A stretch of DNA of 64,000 nucleotides from Cyanophora paradoxa CCMP329 (Eukaryota; Plantae; Glaucophyta): assembly GCA_004431415.1 (NCBI GenBank), contig QPMI01000701.1, forward strand, positions 3,474 to 67,473, given 5' to 3'. The translations under genes were made by a program, and so were the position numbers. Below the pieces are notes generated by a model. That model had not been told where the DNA came from. It saw only the letters and a list, made by a program, of their open reading frames with translations, and made no database searches. This document shows, piece after piece, positions 1 through 11,047 of the stretch. Every line of letters starts with the position of its first letter. Positions within the stretch are counted from its first letter, which is position 1.

Positions 1-419
1 CGGACGCGATGCCGGCGCGCGCGCGCGCTCCCCGAGAGCGCGGAGAACCTTTAATTCCGGGATTTGATGCATACGCTCGCAGATGAGCTCCGTCGCCGCG
101 CATCCAAGCACGAGGAAGAGGGTGCCAAGGAGGTATTCAAGCACGGTCGTTACAAGGCGGCCGCATGACCGCTTTCTCACGAGCCCTGCGCACGCGCAGC
201 TTTCCAAGGCGCTTGAACACGCGCGGACTGCCGGGGTGCGCGTTCCTCCTCTCATGCGCGTCTTCTCGCCAGATGTAACGCCCTCAGGTGATCGAGCAGG
301 TGGGGGACGATATCGAAGCAATGGAGCTCTCCGGGCACGGCAGGCGGCTCGCAGCGGACGCGCACGAGCGGGCCGAGCGGGAGGAGATCGAGGTGGAGAG
401 AACTCAGGCACTCGAGTGA
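1..419 (+). CDS. 3' end of a spliced hypothetical protein (partial)
   Basis: Exons joined over GT-AG introns read DELRRRASKHEEEGAKEVFKH / LSKALEHARTAG / VIEQVGDDIEAMELSGHGRRLAADAHERAEREEIEVERTQALE*, with TGA at 417-419. Confidence 0.45.
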
Positions 420-559
420 GCGCGCTGCGCACGGGCGCGGCGGCCTCTGTTCTGCCCCCCATACCGTGCTGCTGCCGCCTTCTTCATTATTGTGTAGATA
501 CATAATCGTTTCAGCCTGGTGATCGAGATCGCCCTGCCAAGCCCTGGGGCCGGGTGCGA

Positions 560-1542
560 CTACTTGCACCAGGCGAGGCTGGAGATGGTGGGGGAGCACT
601 CGGCCTCTATCCTCGCCTGCCGCTCCGGCACCTCTTCAAAGTCAAACGCGAGCGCGCCATCGATGCCCCCTGCGCGCGCGCGGCCCCTGGCATGGGCGGC
701 CGCCCCGACGCGCCCCGACGCGGCGGCGAGCCCGCGCACCGTCGAGGATCGGCAGGAGCTGAGTCTCCACGATCTCCTTGTGCTGTGGGGCCGGGGCTTG
801 CTGGGGAGCGCGGGCGCGGGGAGGGCGTGCGGGGCGCGTGGCGGACCCGCGGATGCTCGAGGTACGCGTCGCGGTCCTGCGACAGCGCGGGGCAGCCACC
901 GAGTCAGGCGGGCCAGCGGGCGGCCGCGGGAGTGGGATCCAAGACAGCGGCACTTTGGCGGTGTTGAACTCCATGACGAAGCCGTGCTGGAAGCCGCGGT
1001 TGAGGCCCTCGCTGCTGCTGTACGGCCTGCGCTCCCAGAGCGTCGCTCAGCGCGGCGCGAGGGGCCCAGCGGGGCGAGAACGCCGGGACGGCGGGTGGCC
1101 TCCGGGGTTGTGTGTCGAATGGCGCGCGGCGGCTTAGCATGCAGACGAACCCGTACGAAAACTTCTTGATGTACTGCTGGAGCTCGTCTCTGCGCCGCCG
1201 GGCAGCGGGCGTGAGCCGTGGCAGGTCGGTGCCGGGGACGCGGGGGTCGGTGCACGACATGCAGGAGAGGGTGACGAATAGGTCGTGTATTTGGCGCTCC
1301 GTGACCTGCCGGAATGCTTAGCTGCGTGGCCGGCGGGCTCGGGGCGCGCTTCACACCTCGGGCGCGAAGCGCAGCAGAACGATGTGCTGCGCGGCCAAGC
1401 GCAAACGGGTCAGCACGTCGCCGTTCAGTTCAGCAGTAGGCCAAGCGCGTCGCGGTCAGCACGCCGGCGTGCCATCACCGGCGTCGTGTAGATCTGCCGC
1501 AGCGCGCCCCGCTAGCCTTGGCGCGCCGCGCACCTTGATCAT
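560..1542 (-). CDS. Stress-responsive A/B barrel (Dabb) domain protein, multi-exon
   Basis: Spliced product MIK|HIVLLRFAPE|VTERQIHDLFVTLS..RDELQQYIKKFSYG|PYSSSEGLNRGFQHGFVMEFNTAK|DRDAYLEHP|HKEIVETQLLPILD|GGIDGALAFDFE matches the Dabb consensus (HIVLFKF...GF.HGF.M.F....RDAYL.HP.H...FD). The 3' end is approximate. Confidence 0.8.
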
Positions 1543-1716
1543 CGAGCAGACAGAATCCGCGCGTCAACGAGATGGAAATTCGAGTGATATGCCGCTCGGT
1601 CCGGGCCGGTGCTTCTCGCCGCCGCACTTTTGATTTGTGGTACCCGCTGGTCGACGAACTTCAACCGCCGCAGCTGGCTGGAGGAGTCGAGGTGCAGGGT
1701 CCGGATCCGCTTGGCG

Positions 1717-2635
1717 ATGCTCGCAGGCCGTGCGGCGGTCTTCACATTCCTGGTGCGCTGCCCTCGCGTTTCCGGTGCGTTGAGCTCAGCTAACGCGCGC
1801 GTATCAAAGATCTGCTCGTTTCTGGCCGTAGGCGCTTCGTCGGCGTCCAACAGCTGTCTGAGGAACGTCGCGCGCGGCCGCGGGGAAGTCCTGCTCTCTG
1901 AACCGGCGGAAGGCTCGAACGCCGGGCACGCGCTAGATGGCGAAATCGTCGCGTACGACACGCCCAGCGCTGCCGTCGCCCGCTCCGCTCGGACCTTGTG
2001 CGCAGCTGCAGATGCGCATGCTCATGGTCATTCCGCTCTGACGCCGGTGCAGGAATCCCCGGTGGATGGTGGACCTGAAACAGCTCTACGACATTGAGCT
2101 CGTTGAGATCTGGCTGGTGCGCCCGGGGTGCGAGGACCCGGCGGCGCCTGCGGGGGTGCGCTGCAGCGGCTCGGAGCGCCCTCCCGACGAGCCGCTCCAC
2201 CTCGCGCTCCTCGGCATGGACGGTCCGCCGCGCGGCCCCGGCCCGCGGCCCCGGCGCCCCTGCGGCTGAGGCGGGGCGCCGGCGGCAGGGGAGAAGCAGA
2301 CGGAAGCCTACTGGCGGGGCGGGGCGTACGTGTGGGCGGCGGCGCTGGAGGGGCCGGTGGCGGCGCGCTTCGTGCAGGTGCAGGGGCCGGGCGCGGAGCG
2401 GGCCCTGGCGCTGGCCGAGGTCCGGGCCTTCGCGCGCGTCCCCGGCCCCTGCCCGGCTGAGCCCGGCCCCGTGCGTCCGTCCCCGCCCCTGCAGCGGCCC
2501 GCACGCGCCCGACGCCCCTTGCAGGCCCCTCTCCCCTCTTCGATCTTCCCCGCGTCGGCGCCGCCCGGGCCACGAAGACGGCCCGCATGCACAGACGCCC
2601 CGCTTTCAGCTCCCGCGGGCCGCCGCAAGGCGTGA
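1717..2635 (+). CDS. Secreted F5/8 type C / F-type lectin (galactose-binding-like) domain protein
   Basis: Hydrophobic N-terminus (MLAGRAAVFTFL|ICSFLAVGA), then NVARG...SNAGHALDG...WMVDLKQLYDIELVEIW...ARFVQVQ...LALAEVRAF, typical of the discoidin/FTP fold. Confidence 0.65.
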
Positions 2636-2944
2636 GGACGCCACCTGCCGGCACTCTCCCCTCGGGCCCCGGGCCCGTCGCCAGCCCAGCGCCGGCGTTG
2701 CCGGCGCTCCGGCGCGTGGTCCGCGCGGCGAGCAGCAGCGGCGCCCGTGCTCTGATCACTGCGATCTGCCTGCACTCGAAATTCCTCAAGCATGTACATG
2801 TATCTCGGCGCCTCGGCCGCTTATCCTTACTCAACTCATTGACTAGCGCTACTGATTTAGGTGCCACGCATCGCACAATTCCTGCCTGCATCCATCCCTG
2901 CCTCGGGCCTCGGATCTCCGGGGGCCCGGGCGCGGGGCGGGGCG

Positions 2945-5822
2945 CTAGGAGGGGGCGCCGGGGCCGGGGCCGGGGCCGGGGCGGGGCCGTGGGGCGGTGG
3001 CGGCGATCGGCGAGCTCGCGGAGGCGGCGGGTGCCGCCGCTCGCGCCCTCGGCGCCGCTGCTGCTGCTGGAGCTGTAGGCGTAGCTGTAGTAGGACTGGG
3101 AGGACTCGGTGGGGTCGGCGTGGGGCTCGGCGAGGGCGACGCGGTCCAGGTCGGCCAGGGGGTCTCGGTCCAGGTCGGGGAGGGGCTGGGGGTCTCAGTG
3201 GGGGTCGGGGTGGCCCAGGTGTCGCCCCAGGTCGGGCTCGGGGTGGGCGAGGGCGAGGGCGTCTCCGTCGGCGTCGGCGTCGCCCACGCCTCCGTCCACG
3301 TCGGCGAGGGCGTCGGCGAGGGCGTCTCCGTGACGGCGTACGGCGTCGCCCCGGCCTCGGCCGCCGGCGTCGGCGTCGGGCCGATGATGACGACGACGGG
3401 GTGGCGGAGGGCCGGCCCCGGGGCCCGCGCCGCGGCGAGGAGCGAGGCGACGTCGCCCCAGCGGATGCCCCGCCCCGGCGCGTAGCTCGCCACCGTCCGG
3501 TTCGCCGGGAACGCGTTCACTGCCCCCGCCCCAGTGAGCGTGCCCGGGCGGCGCCGGCAGGGCTCGGGGGCGGGGGCCGGGGGGGCGGACGGCCGGCGGG
3601 GAAGAGCGGGGCCCAGATGAAGTCGGGGTGGTTCTCCTGTTCGGGGGAGGCGCTGAGGGGGAGCGCTGGGGGCGCGAGCGGGGGCCGGGGGTCGGACCTT
3701 GGAATCGCCGAGCCACTCGCCGCCGATGATCTCGCCGCTGGCGGCGTCCACCTGGAGCACCATCTCCAGCCGCATCACCGCCACGAAGTTTTGCTGCCCG
3801 GCCCCCGTCACGCCCCCCGCGGGGGGGCACAGGGGCGGGGCCGGCACCACGAAGCGGACGTAGTCGGAGAGGGGCCGGTCCCACTGAGGCAGCAGGGGCA
3901 CCTCGTAGACGTAGTAGAGGTCGAGGGCGATGCGGTGGAAGGTGTACGCCCCGGCGTCCGCCCCCGCATCCCCCTGGAACGTGTCCACCGTCGTCTGCGC
4001 GCGGGAGGCTCGAGGGAGCGGGCGCTCGAGGGCGGCGGGGCGGGGCGGGGCGGACGGTGCGGGGGGCGTTGACGAGCTGCACGGCCGCGCGCCGGCTCAG
4101 CAGCGTGTGCCGCGTCACGTTGTACCGGAACACCCTGCGCCCCCGCCCCCCACGCCCTCGAGCTCCGGGCGGGCACGGACCGGAGCGGGGCCGGGCGGGG
4201 GCGGCGCGCACGGGAAGTTCCAGACCTGCGCGGGGCGCGCCACGGTGAGCGGGGCGCCGGCGCAGGAGGCGGGCGGGGCGGCGGGGCGGACTTCGAGGTC
4301 GAAGACGGTGTCCATGACGAGGGCCTTGCGGCGCCTGCGGGGCAGGGGCGGCAGGTGAGGGGTGGGAGGGAGGTGGGCGGGGCGGGGCGCGCAGGCCGAT
4401 GGTGTTGGCGACGGCGATGAAGAAGGTCCCCGCGTTCGTGTCGTTGCACGCCCGAGACGCCGGCCGCCCTGCCCGCCCCGCCCCTCAGCCCCCTCCCACG
4501 CCCCGCCCGCCGCCTGCCCCGCCGGGCGGGCGCGCCTATCGAGTCCACGGGGATGTCCTTCTTCGCGGTGTCGCAGCGACTGCGCGGCGCCGCCCGGTCA
4601 GCGGCCGGCCGGGCCGGGGGAGAGGGGCCGCCCGGCCCGAGCGGCTGGCGCGCGTCGAGAGGAAGCTGAGGTTGGGGTACGCCTGCGCGCGCGAGGGGCG
4701 GTCGGCGGGGCGGGAGGGGCCGGGGGGGCGGGCGGCGGGGCGCGCGATGTCGGCGAAGAAGACGGTCGCGAGGCCCTTGAGGTCGAAGGGCGTGAAATCG
4801 ACCCCGTTCATCACCACGCGCCGCGAGGGCTCCGGGATCTGAGTGATTTGAACTGTTTGTAGTGATCGCAACAAAACTACAAAAGCTGAAGTGCACCAGG
4901 ATCGAGGCCGCCGCCCAGCCATGGCAGATACCCTCCCAGTTGTCGATGCAGACGCCGTCGGCGCAGGTCGCGTTGCGCGTCCCGTTCTCCGTGCACGGGT
5001 CCATGGCGCCCTTCGGGAGCGCGGTTGTGTTGAACGCGCAGCTCGTGCGGATCGAGCGGAGCGCGTTCCAGCCCCACAGCTGCGAGACTCGCTCCGCGAG
5101 CCGCTCCTCGTCGAGGCCGAACGCCCGCGCGTACTGCGCCGCCGTCACGTGCGGGCGGGAGACGTCGCGTGCCGCGCGGCGGGCCTTCTCGACGGCTGAG
5201 AGGCTCTCCGGGCCGTGCACTCTGTCGTTGATGGAGTCCAGGAAGGTCGGCCAGTACGGGCCCGGCCTTCGCGGGGCGCGCGAACGACGCGCGCTCGTCA
5301 GGGCCGCGCCGGGATATCACACGCCGATCGCGTGCCGAGCGCGCCAGCGCGCTCGAGCACGAGCCGCGCACACTATGCAAGCGGCGTGCGAGACGGGCGC
5401 GTGCAGGCGTGCGCACCATGGGCTTACATCGGCGCGGCCGCTCATCGGGAGCTCCACGATCTGGTGGTTCATCGACGCCCGCGTGTACGTGCTGAAGCAA
5501 ATCGCACGCTCAGCGATATCCCGATGTGCTGCGGCGGATCCAAGCAGCAAGCCGAAGTGCGCGAAGAAACCGGCGCGCCACGAGCGCGCCCCGCGAGAAC
5601 GCACTTCAAGAGATCTGGATTATCAGCGATGGGGTCCCATGCCGTTAGCAGCCGCCAGCTTGCTTCGAGCCCGAGTCTGCCTGTACGTACTTCAGCCGCC
5701 GGGAAACAACGACGGGCAGAGGAGCCTTGCGCACGGGGTCCTGGCAGCCGGCCGAGCGCTCCTGCGAAACAACAACACAGGCACGCCAGCGCGAGAAGCG
5801 CCAGCAGCCTCGGCCGTCCCAT
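2945..5822 (-). CDS. Secreted transglutaminase elicitor (GP42/TGase_elicitor family) with Pro/Thr-rich C-terminal tail
   Basis: Signal peptide [21 protein letters not shown]. Motifs [17 protein letters not shown]|YARAFG, catalytic [58 protein letters not shown]|[14 protein letters not shown] repeats at the C-terminus. Confidence 0.85.
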
Positions 5823-5939
5823 CGCTTTTTTTTTCTTTTCGCTGTGTAGACCCGTCGGTACCCTCACCAGACAAACCCCCCTCTGGCCCCGACCCGAACC
5901 AAGCGAACAGGCGTTCGTGGCGTCGCGAGTGATCGTACG

Positions 5940-8824
5940 ATGGGTGACGATTCCGACGACACCGTCTGCGCGCGGTGTCACGCTCGGCCTCAGCGGTGCG
6001 CTCCCCGTGGGGTGCCCGATGCGCTGGCGCACTGACCGTCGGCGTCGCCCGCTCCAGGCTGGCTCTCGAAGAGTGGCTGGAGTGCGATCTCTGCGAGCGC
6101 TCGCTGTGTCCCGGTTCGCCGAGCCGGCCGGGCGCGCCTAGGCTAGCGGCGGCTAATGAAGAACGTCATACTTCGTGCTCGCAGGCTGCCTGAACTCGTC
6201 GAAGACGCACAGCCCGCTGCCCGGCGACAGGTCGGCGCCTCGGCTTCTTGTGAAGCGCCTCAGACCGTGTAGCTGCCCACACTCACGATCGGCCGCCGCG
6301 CGGCGCGCAGGTACTACAAGCTCAAGTGCGGCTTCTGCATGCGCGGCACTGATTCCTTCGACATCACGGCTCGCACTTGGTGCCGGCCGCGCGCCGTCCA
6401 GCCCCGGCGCCCTCGCGCTGACTGCCTTCAGGCTGCGCGCCGGCTCGATCGCGCTGTACTGCATGCTGCAGGGGCGCGTGAAGGTGCAGGCGTACACGCC
6501 CGAGGCCGTCGAGGACTTCGAGGCCCGCGTGCAGGGCCTGCTCAGCACCGCCCAGGCCCGCCCCGGCCCCGCCCCGGCCCCGCGCCCCGCCTCCCCTCAC
6601 CGCCCCCGCGCCGCAGGGCTACATTGGCCTCGACCAGATCCGGTGCGCGCGCGCGACGCTCCGCGGCCGGTGCGGTTGCGGGGGCGGTGAGGGGTGCGGG
6701 GCGCAGGGACTTCATCAACACGCACGCGCGGCGCATCTGGGGCGAACACCTCCCCCTCGGTCCGCCCGTCCCGCCGTCGCGGCGCGCGGCCGGGCGGGCG
6801 GGGGCGCTGAGGGGCGGGGGGGGGGGCAGAGCGGCGGCGGCGGGACGCGCACCTGGAGAGGCTGCTGGGGAACCACCCGGAGGTCTTCGCGAGCGGGCGC
6901 GACGTGCTCCACGTCGACAACTTCTTCGGACTCACCCCCGCCGCCTTCGCCTACGCCGCCCGCCTCACCGACCTCGAGCCCCGCCCCGTCCGCCCCGCCC
7001 CGCCCCACAACGCCCCACGCCCCCTTGCCGACCGCCGTCGCGCAGGCGGGGGAGAAGGGGGCGGGGGGCGTGCGGGGGGCGGGGCGGGTGTCGCGGGGCA
7101 GCAGCGGGGGCGAGGGGAGCGGGAGCGGGAGCGCCAACTCGGAGGGCTCGGAGGAGGGCGAGGGCGGCGCGGCGCGCCCCGGCCGCCGCTCGAGCGTGCG
7201 GCCTGGCCTCCCCCGCGCCTCCGCGGCTGGCGGCCGCGCTGAGGTGGTGGGGGGCGGGGGGCAGCGGGTGTACGAGGTGGAGCGGGTGCTGGGGAAGCGC
7301 TTCGTGGCGGGGAGCGGGGAGGTCGAGTACAAGATCCGCTGGCGCGGCTTCAAGACCGCCACCTGGAACGGTCCGCTCCAGCGACGCTTGCGCACTCGCG
7401 CGAGCTCCCCTGACCCATCCCCCCGCGTCGCTCCCGCCGCCTCAGAGGCGGCCGGGTGCGACGGCTGCCCCGCCCGCATCGAGGAGTACGAGGCCGCCGT
7501 CGCCGCCGGCGAGCCCGGCATCCTCCGTCCGCCCTTTCCCCCCCGCTTCCCCGGCCCCGCGACCTTCCCCCCGAGCCTCGCCGCAGGGCCGTGCCTGTGG
7601 GACGCCGGCGCGAAGCGGCGCCTCTGCTACACGACGGTGCGTGTCGGCGGAGGCGGCGGGGGCCCGTTGCGGCGCGCCGCCTCCGAGTGACGCGGCGGGG
7701 GGCAGCTGGACGGCGAGCCCCTCGCGGAGGAGAAGCGGTCGCGGGGCGGGGCGCGGGCGCGGCGGCCGCGGGGCCCGCTCGGGACGGGGGCGCGGGCCGG
7801 GGCGGGGCGGGGGCGGGGGCGCGGGGCGGGGCGGCGTTCGGGGAGGGCGTTGACGAGGGGGAGGACTTCTCCGACACGGACGGCGAGCAGGCCGCCGCCG
7901 AGGACGACGAGGAGGACGGAGACGACGACGATTTCGTGCCCCGCCGGCCCCGGCCCAGCAGCGCCCCGCCCGCCCCGACCCGGCCCCGGCCCCGGCCCCG
8001 CCGGCCCGGCCTCGCCGGCCGTCCCGGCGACGGCGCAGGCCCCGCCCGCTGCGCCCCGCCCCTGGCCGTCGCCGTCGCCGTCCGCGCGGCGCCGGCGACG
8101 TCCGCCCGGCCCGGCCCCGCCCCAGCCGGCCCCGGCCCGCCCCAGCCGGCCCCGCAGCCGCCGATCCCCGATCCCGCAGCCGCCGGCCGCCGCGCGCCCC
8201 GCCGGAGAGCAGGGGCCGGGGCGGGAGTCGGGAGGCGGGGGCGGGGGCCGGGGGCGGGGCCGGGGCGGGGGGCGGGGCGTCGCCCTCGGGGAGTCGGGGG
8301 CTCGGGAGCCCGCCGGCGGCCTCCCCGCGGGGCGAGGGCGCCGCGCCCTCCTCCCCGCCGCCCTCCTCGAGCTCCTGCACGCCTTCCCCGCCCCGCTCGC
8401 CGTCCCCCGGCCCGAGCAGCTCGCCGCCCACGCCTCCATCCACTGGCGCGAGGCCGCCCACGTGCCCGGCGCCAGCCCCGAGGAGAAGGTGCGCGGGGGC
8501 GAGCGCAGGGGGGCGGGGCCGCTGAGGGGCGGGGCCGGGGCAGGTGGGGGCGCTGCTGCGGGCCCTCCGCGAGGTCCACGAGCGGGCCACCTCGCTGACC
8601 ATCATGGCCCGCCCCGCCCCGCCGCTCCCGCCGGCCCGACCCCCGGCTCACGGGCCCCCGCGCAGGCGCTCGGGAACGCGAAGGTCGCGCAGGGGGCCAT
8701 GCGGGACGCCGAGCGCCTCCTCGACGCCGCCGCCGGCTGCGCGTGCGGCGCCCTCCGCGACGCCGCCGCCGCCGCCGCCCTCCACTGCGCCTCCTCCCCC
8801 CGCAAGCGCAAGCTCCCCTCCTAG
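5940..8824 (+). CDS. Chromatin protein: atypical PHD finger + ASH2L/CSRP2BP-like winged helix + chromodomain
   Basis: Spliced: MGDDSDDTVCARCH..WLECDLCERSLCPGCL..LPGDRYYKLKCGFC..FDITARTW|LRAGSIALYCML..DFINTHARRIW..HPEVFASG. Chromodomain YEVERVLGKRFVAGSGEVEYKIRWRGFKTATW at ~7271-7365. C-terminal PRKRK is NLS-like. Confidence 0.7.
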
Positions 8825-9168
8825 CCGCCCCCAGCCCCCGCCGCTTCATCGGAGGCAGTGCGAGGGCGCGATCGGCTCGATTGTCGAAGCTTGTTGGCAG
8901 TTTCTTTCTTTCCTCTTCAAAAAAGCGAACATCGTGATCACTTGCCAGGGCCCAGAAGAGCTATCTAGCCTAGTAGTGCTAAGAAGAAAGTGGCGAACAT
9001 CTCGTTTTCAGGCGTTCTGATTGAAAGCTACACACTAAACATGGTTGAAAAAGAGGCGGAACCTACTAGACTAGTGAATCTGGAGACTCTCGGAGTCTCG
9101 CGCCCTCCCCACGCCCCCTCCGCCGCTTCAAAGAAATGCATGTAGAGCGACGCCCTCGAGCTCCCCCC

Positions 9169-10916
9169 TCACTTCTTCCCCTTCTTCTTCTTCTTCTTTT
9201 TCGCTCCCGGCGCCGTCGCCGCCCCGGCCCCCGGGCCCTCAGGCTCGCCGGCCGCCGGCAGGGACGCCTGTGGCGCCGAAACCGGCGCCGCCGCCGAGGC
9301 GGGGGCCGCGGTGGCCCCGGCGCGGGGCGCTGCGGATTCGGGTTCGGGGGCCCCGATACGCGGCGCCCCTCGCCGCCGCATGCGCTCCCGTCGGAGGCTA
9401 CGGCGGCGGCGGCCGGCGGCTCCGGGAGGGGGGCGAGGAGGGGCGGGGAGGAGTGCTGGGGGGGCGAGGCGGCCTGGGGCGGGGAGGAGGGGGCGGCGGA
9501 GGGGACGGGGGAGCGGCGGTCGTAGGTGGAGGCGTACCCCCCCGCGGAGGAGGCCTCCCAGCGCTCGCGGGACATCGACTCGACGGCGTCCGTCAGCGTC
9601 CGGATGTGCTCGTTCATCACCGACTGCCCGCCGCGCCCCCCGTGGGCCGGCGCGGGGGCGAGGGGCGGGGGCGAGGGCAGGGGCGCACGAGCTGGGCGAA
9701 GCAGGCGCTGCGCATGCCGTCGATGGCCGCCAGCTGCGCCGCCTCGCCACCCTCCGCGCTCCGCAGCCTGCGCCCCGTGAGCACACGCGCCGCCGGGGCT
9801 CGGGGGTCGCAAGGCGCGCACCGGGCGAGGAGCTCGGCGCGCTCGACGCGGGCGGCGGCGAGGGCCTGCTCGGCCTCCTGCGTCCGAAATACCTGCTTCT
9901 GGGCCTCCACCAGCGCCCCTTTCAGCTCCCGCCGCAGCGCCGCGGCCTCCGACTCCGCCTCGTGCGCGCGGCCCCGGGCCTGCGACTCGGCCAGCCGCGC
10001 CTGCGCCACTGCGCGCCCCGCCCCGCCGCCCTCGAGCCGGGCGGGGCAGGCGGGGCGGGGCGGGGCGGGGGGCGGGCGGACTTCGCTGGGAGGCGAGGGA
10101 GGCCTCCTCCTTGGCGCGCTCGGCCTCGGCGCGGGCCGAGGCGAGCGCCGCCTCCAGCTCCACCACCCGCCCCTGCAGCGCCCGCGCCTCCGCCTGCCCC
10201 CCGTCGCGCCCGCCCAAGCCGCCCCGCCGGGGCTTGGGGGCGGGGGGACCTCGGCCTGCTCGGCGGCGGCGATGGCGCCGTGCACGCGCCGCTCGGCGAC
10301 GAGGGCGGCCTCCTGCAGCCCCCGCTCCTGCCCCCGCCCCGCTCGCCCGGCCCCGCCCCAGCCCCAGCCCGCCCCGCCACGCGCACCCGTTCGGACAGCT
10401 CCGCCGGAGGCTCCGTCCGCGCCTTCACGCCGGGCGCCATGCGCTCCAGCAGCTGTGCCTGCGCGCCCGGCGCGTTGGCGAGCAGCGGCCGGGGGGCGCG
10501 CCCAGCGCTTCCTGGGCGCACCCGCAGCGTCTTAACCTCATTCTTGAGCGAGTCGATCGCTTTCAGGTCGACCTCCGGGGCAGGAAGGGCCACCGGCCGC
10601 GGCCGCTGCGCGGCGTCGGCTCACCGAGCAGCGGGCTAGGGCCCACTCGGCGGGGCGCGGCCTTCGACGGGCTAGCGTTCGATCGAGCATAGGCGCTCAC
10701 CGGGGTGACGAGCGGGCTCGCCGGCCGGTCAATGACAGGATGGGGACTCGAAACGGCCTCGGGATCCGCGGGGGCCGGCTCCAGGGCTGCTCGCGCGCAA
10801 CTCAGTTGGGCGCGAGCATATCGGAGCGAGCGATCGAGCGCGCACGGGGCATCGATATTTCGTCCCTGCACGACGAGCTCCCCGGATCGTTCAGGGGCTG
10901 CTGCACTAGGAAACAT
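9169..10916 (-). CDS. Hypothetical coiled-coil protein with polybasic C-terminus
   Basis: Exons DLKAIDSLKNEVKTLR, LQGRVVELEAALASARAEAERAKEE, AAALRRELKGALVEAQKQ and SVMNEHIRTLTDAVESMSRE; ends AKKKKKKKGKK*. Confidence 0.55.
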
Positions 10917-11047
10917 GAGAACAGGCTGCTAGATGGCAGCCAGCTCATTTTGAGCGCGGCTTGGCCGCTGCGCGCCGTAACGCGCGGTAGCCCCCTTCAC
11001 TTTCTCCCGGGTCCTTTTTTCTGGTTCCCGCTCTTAGCTGGCTTCAA

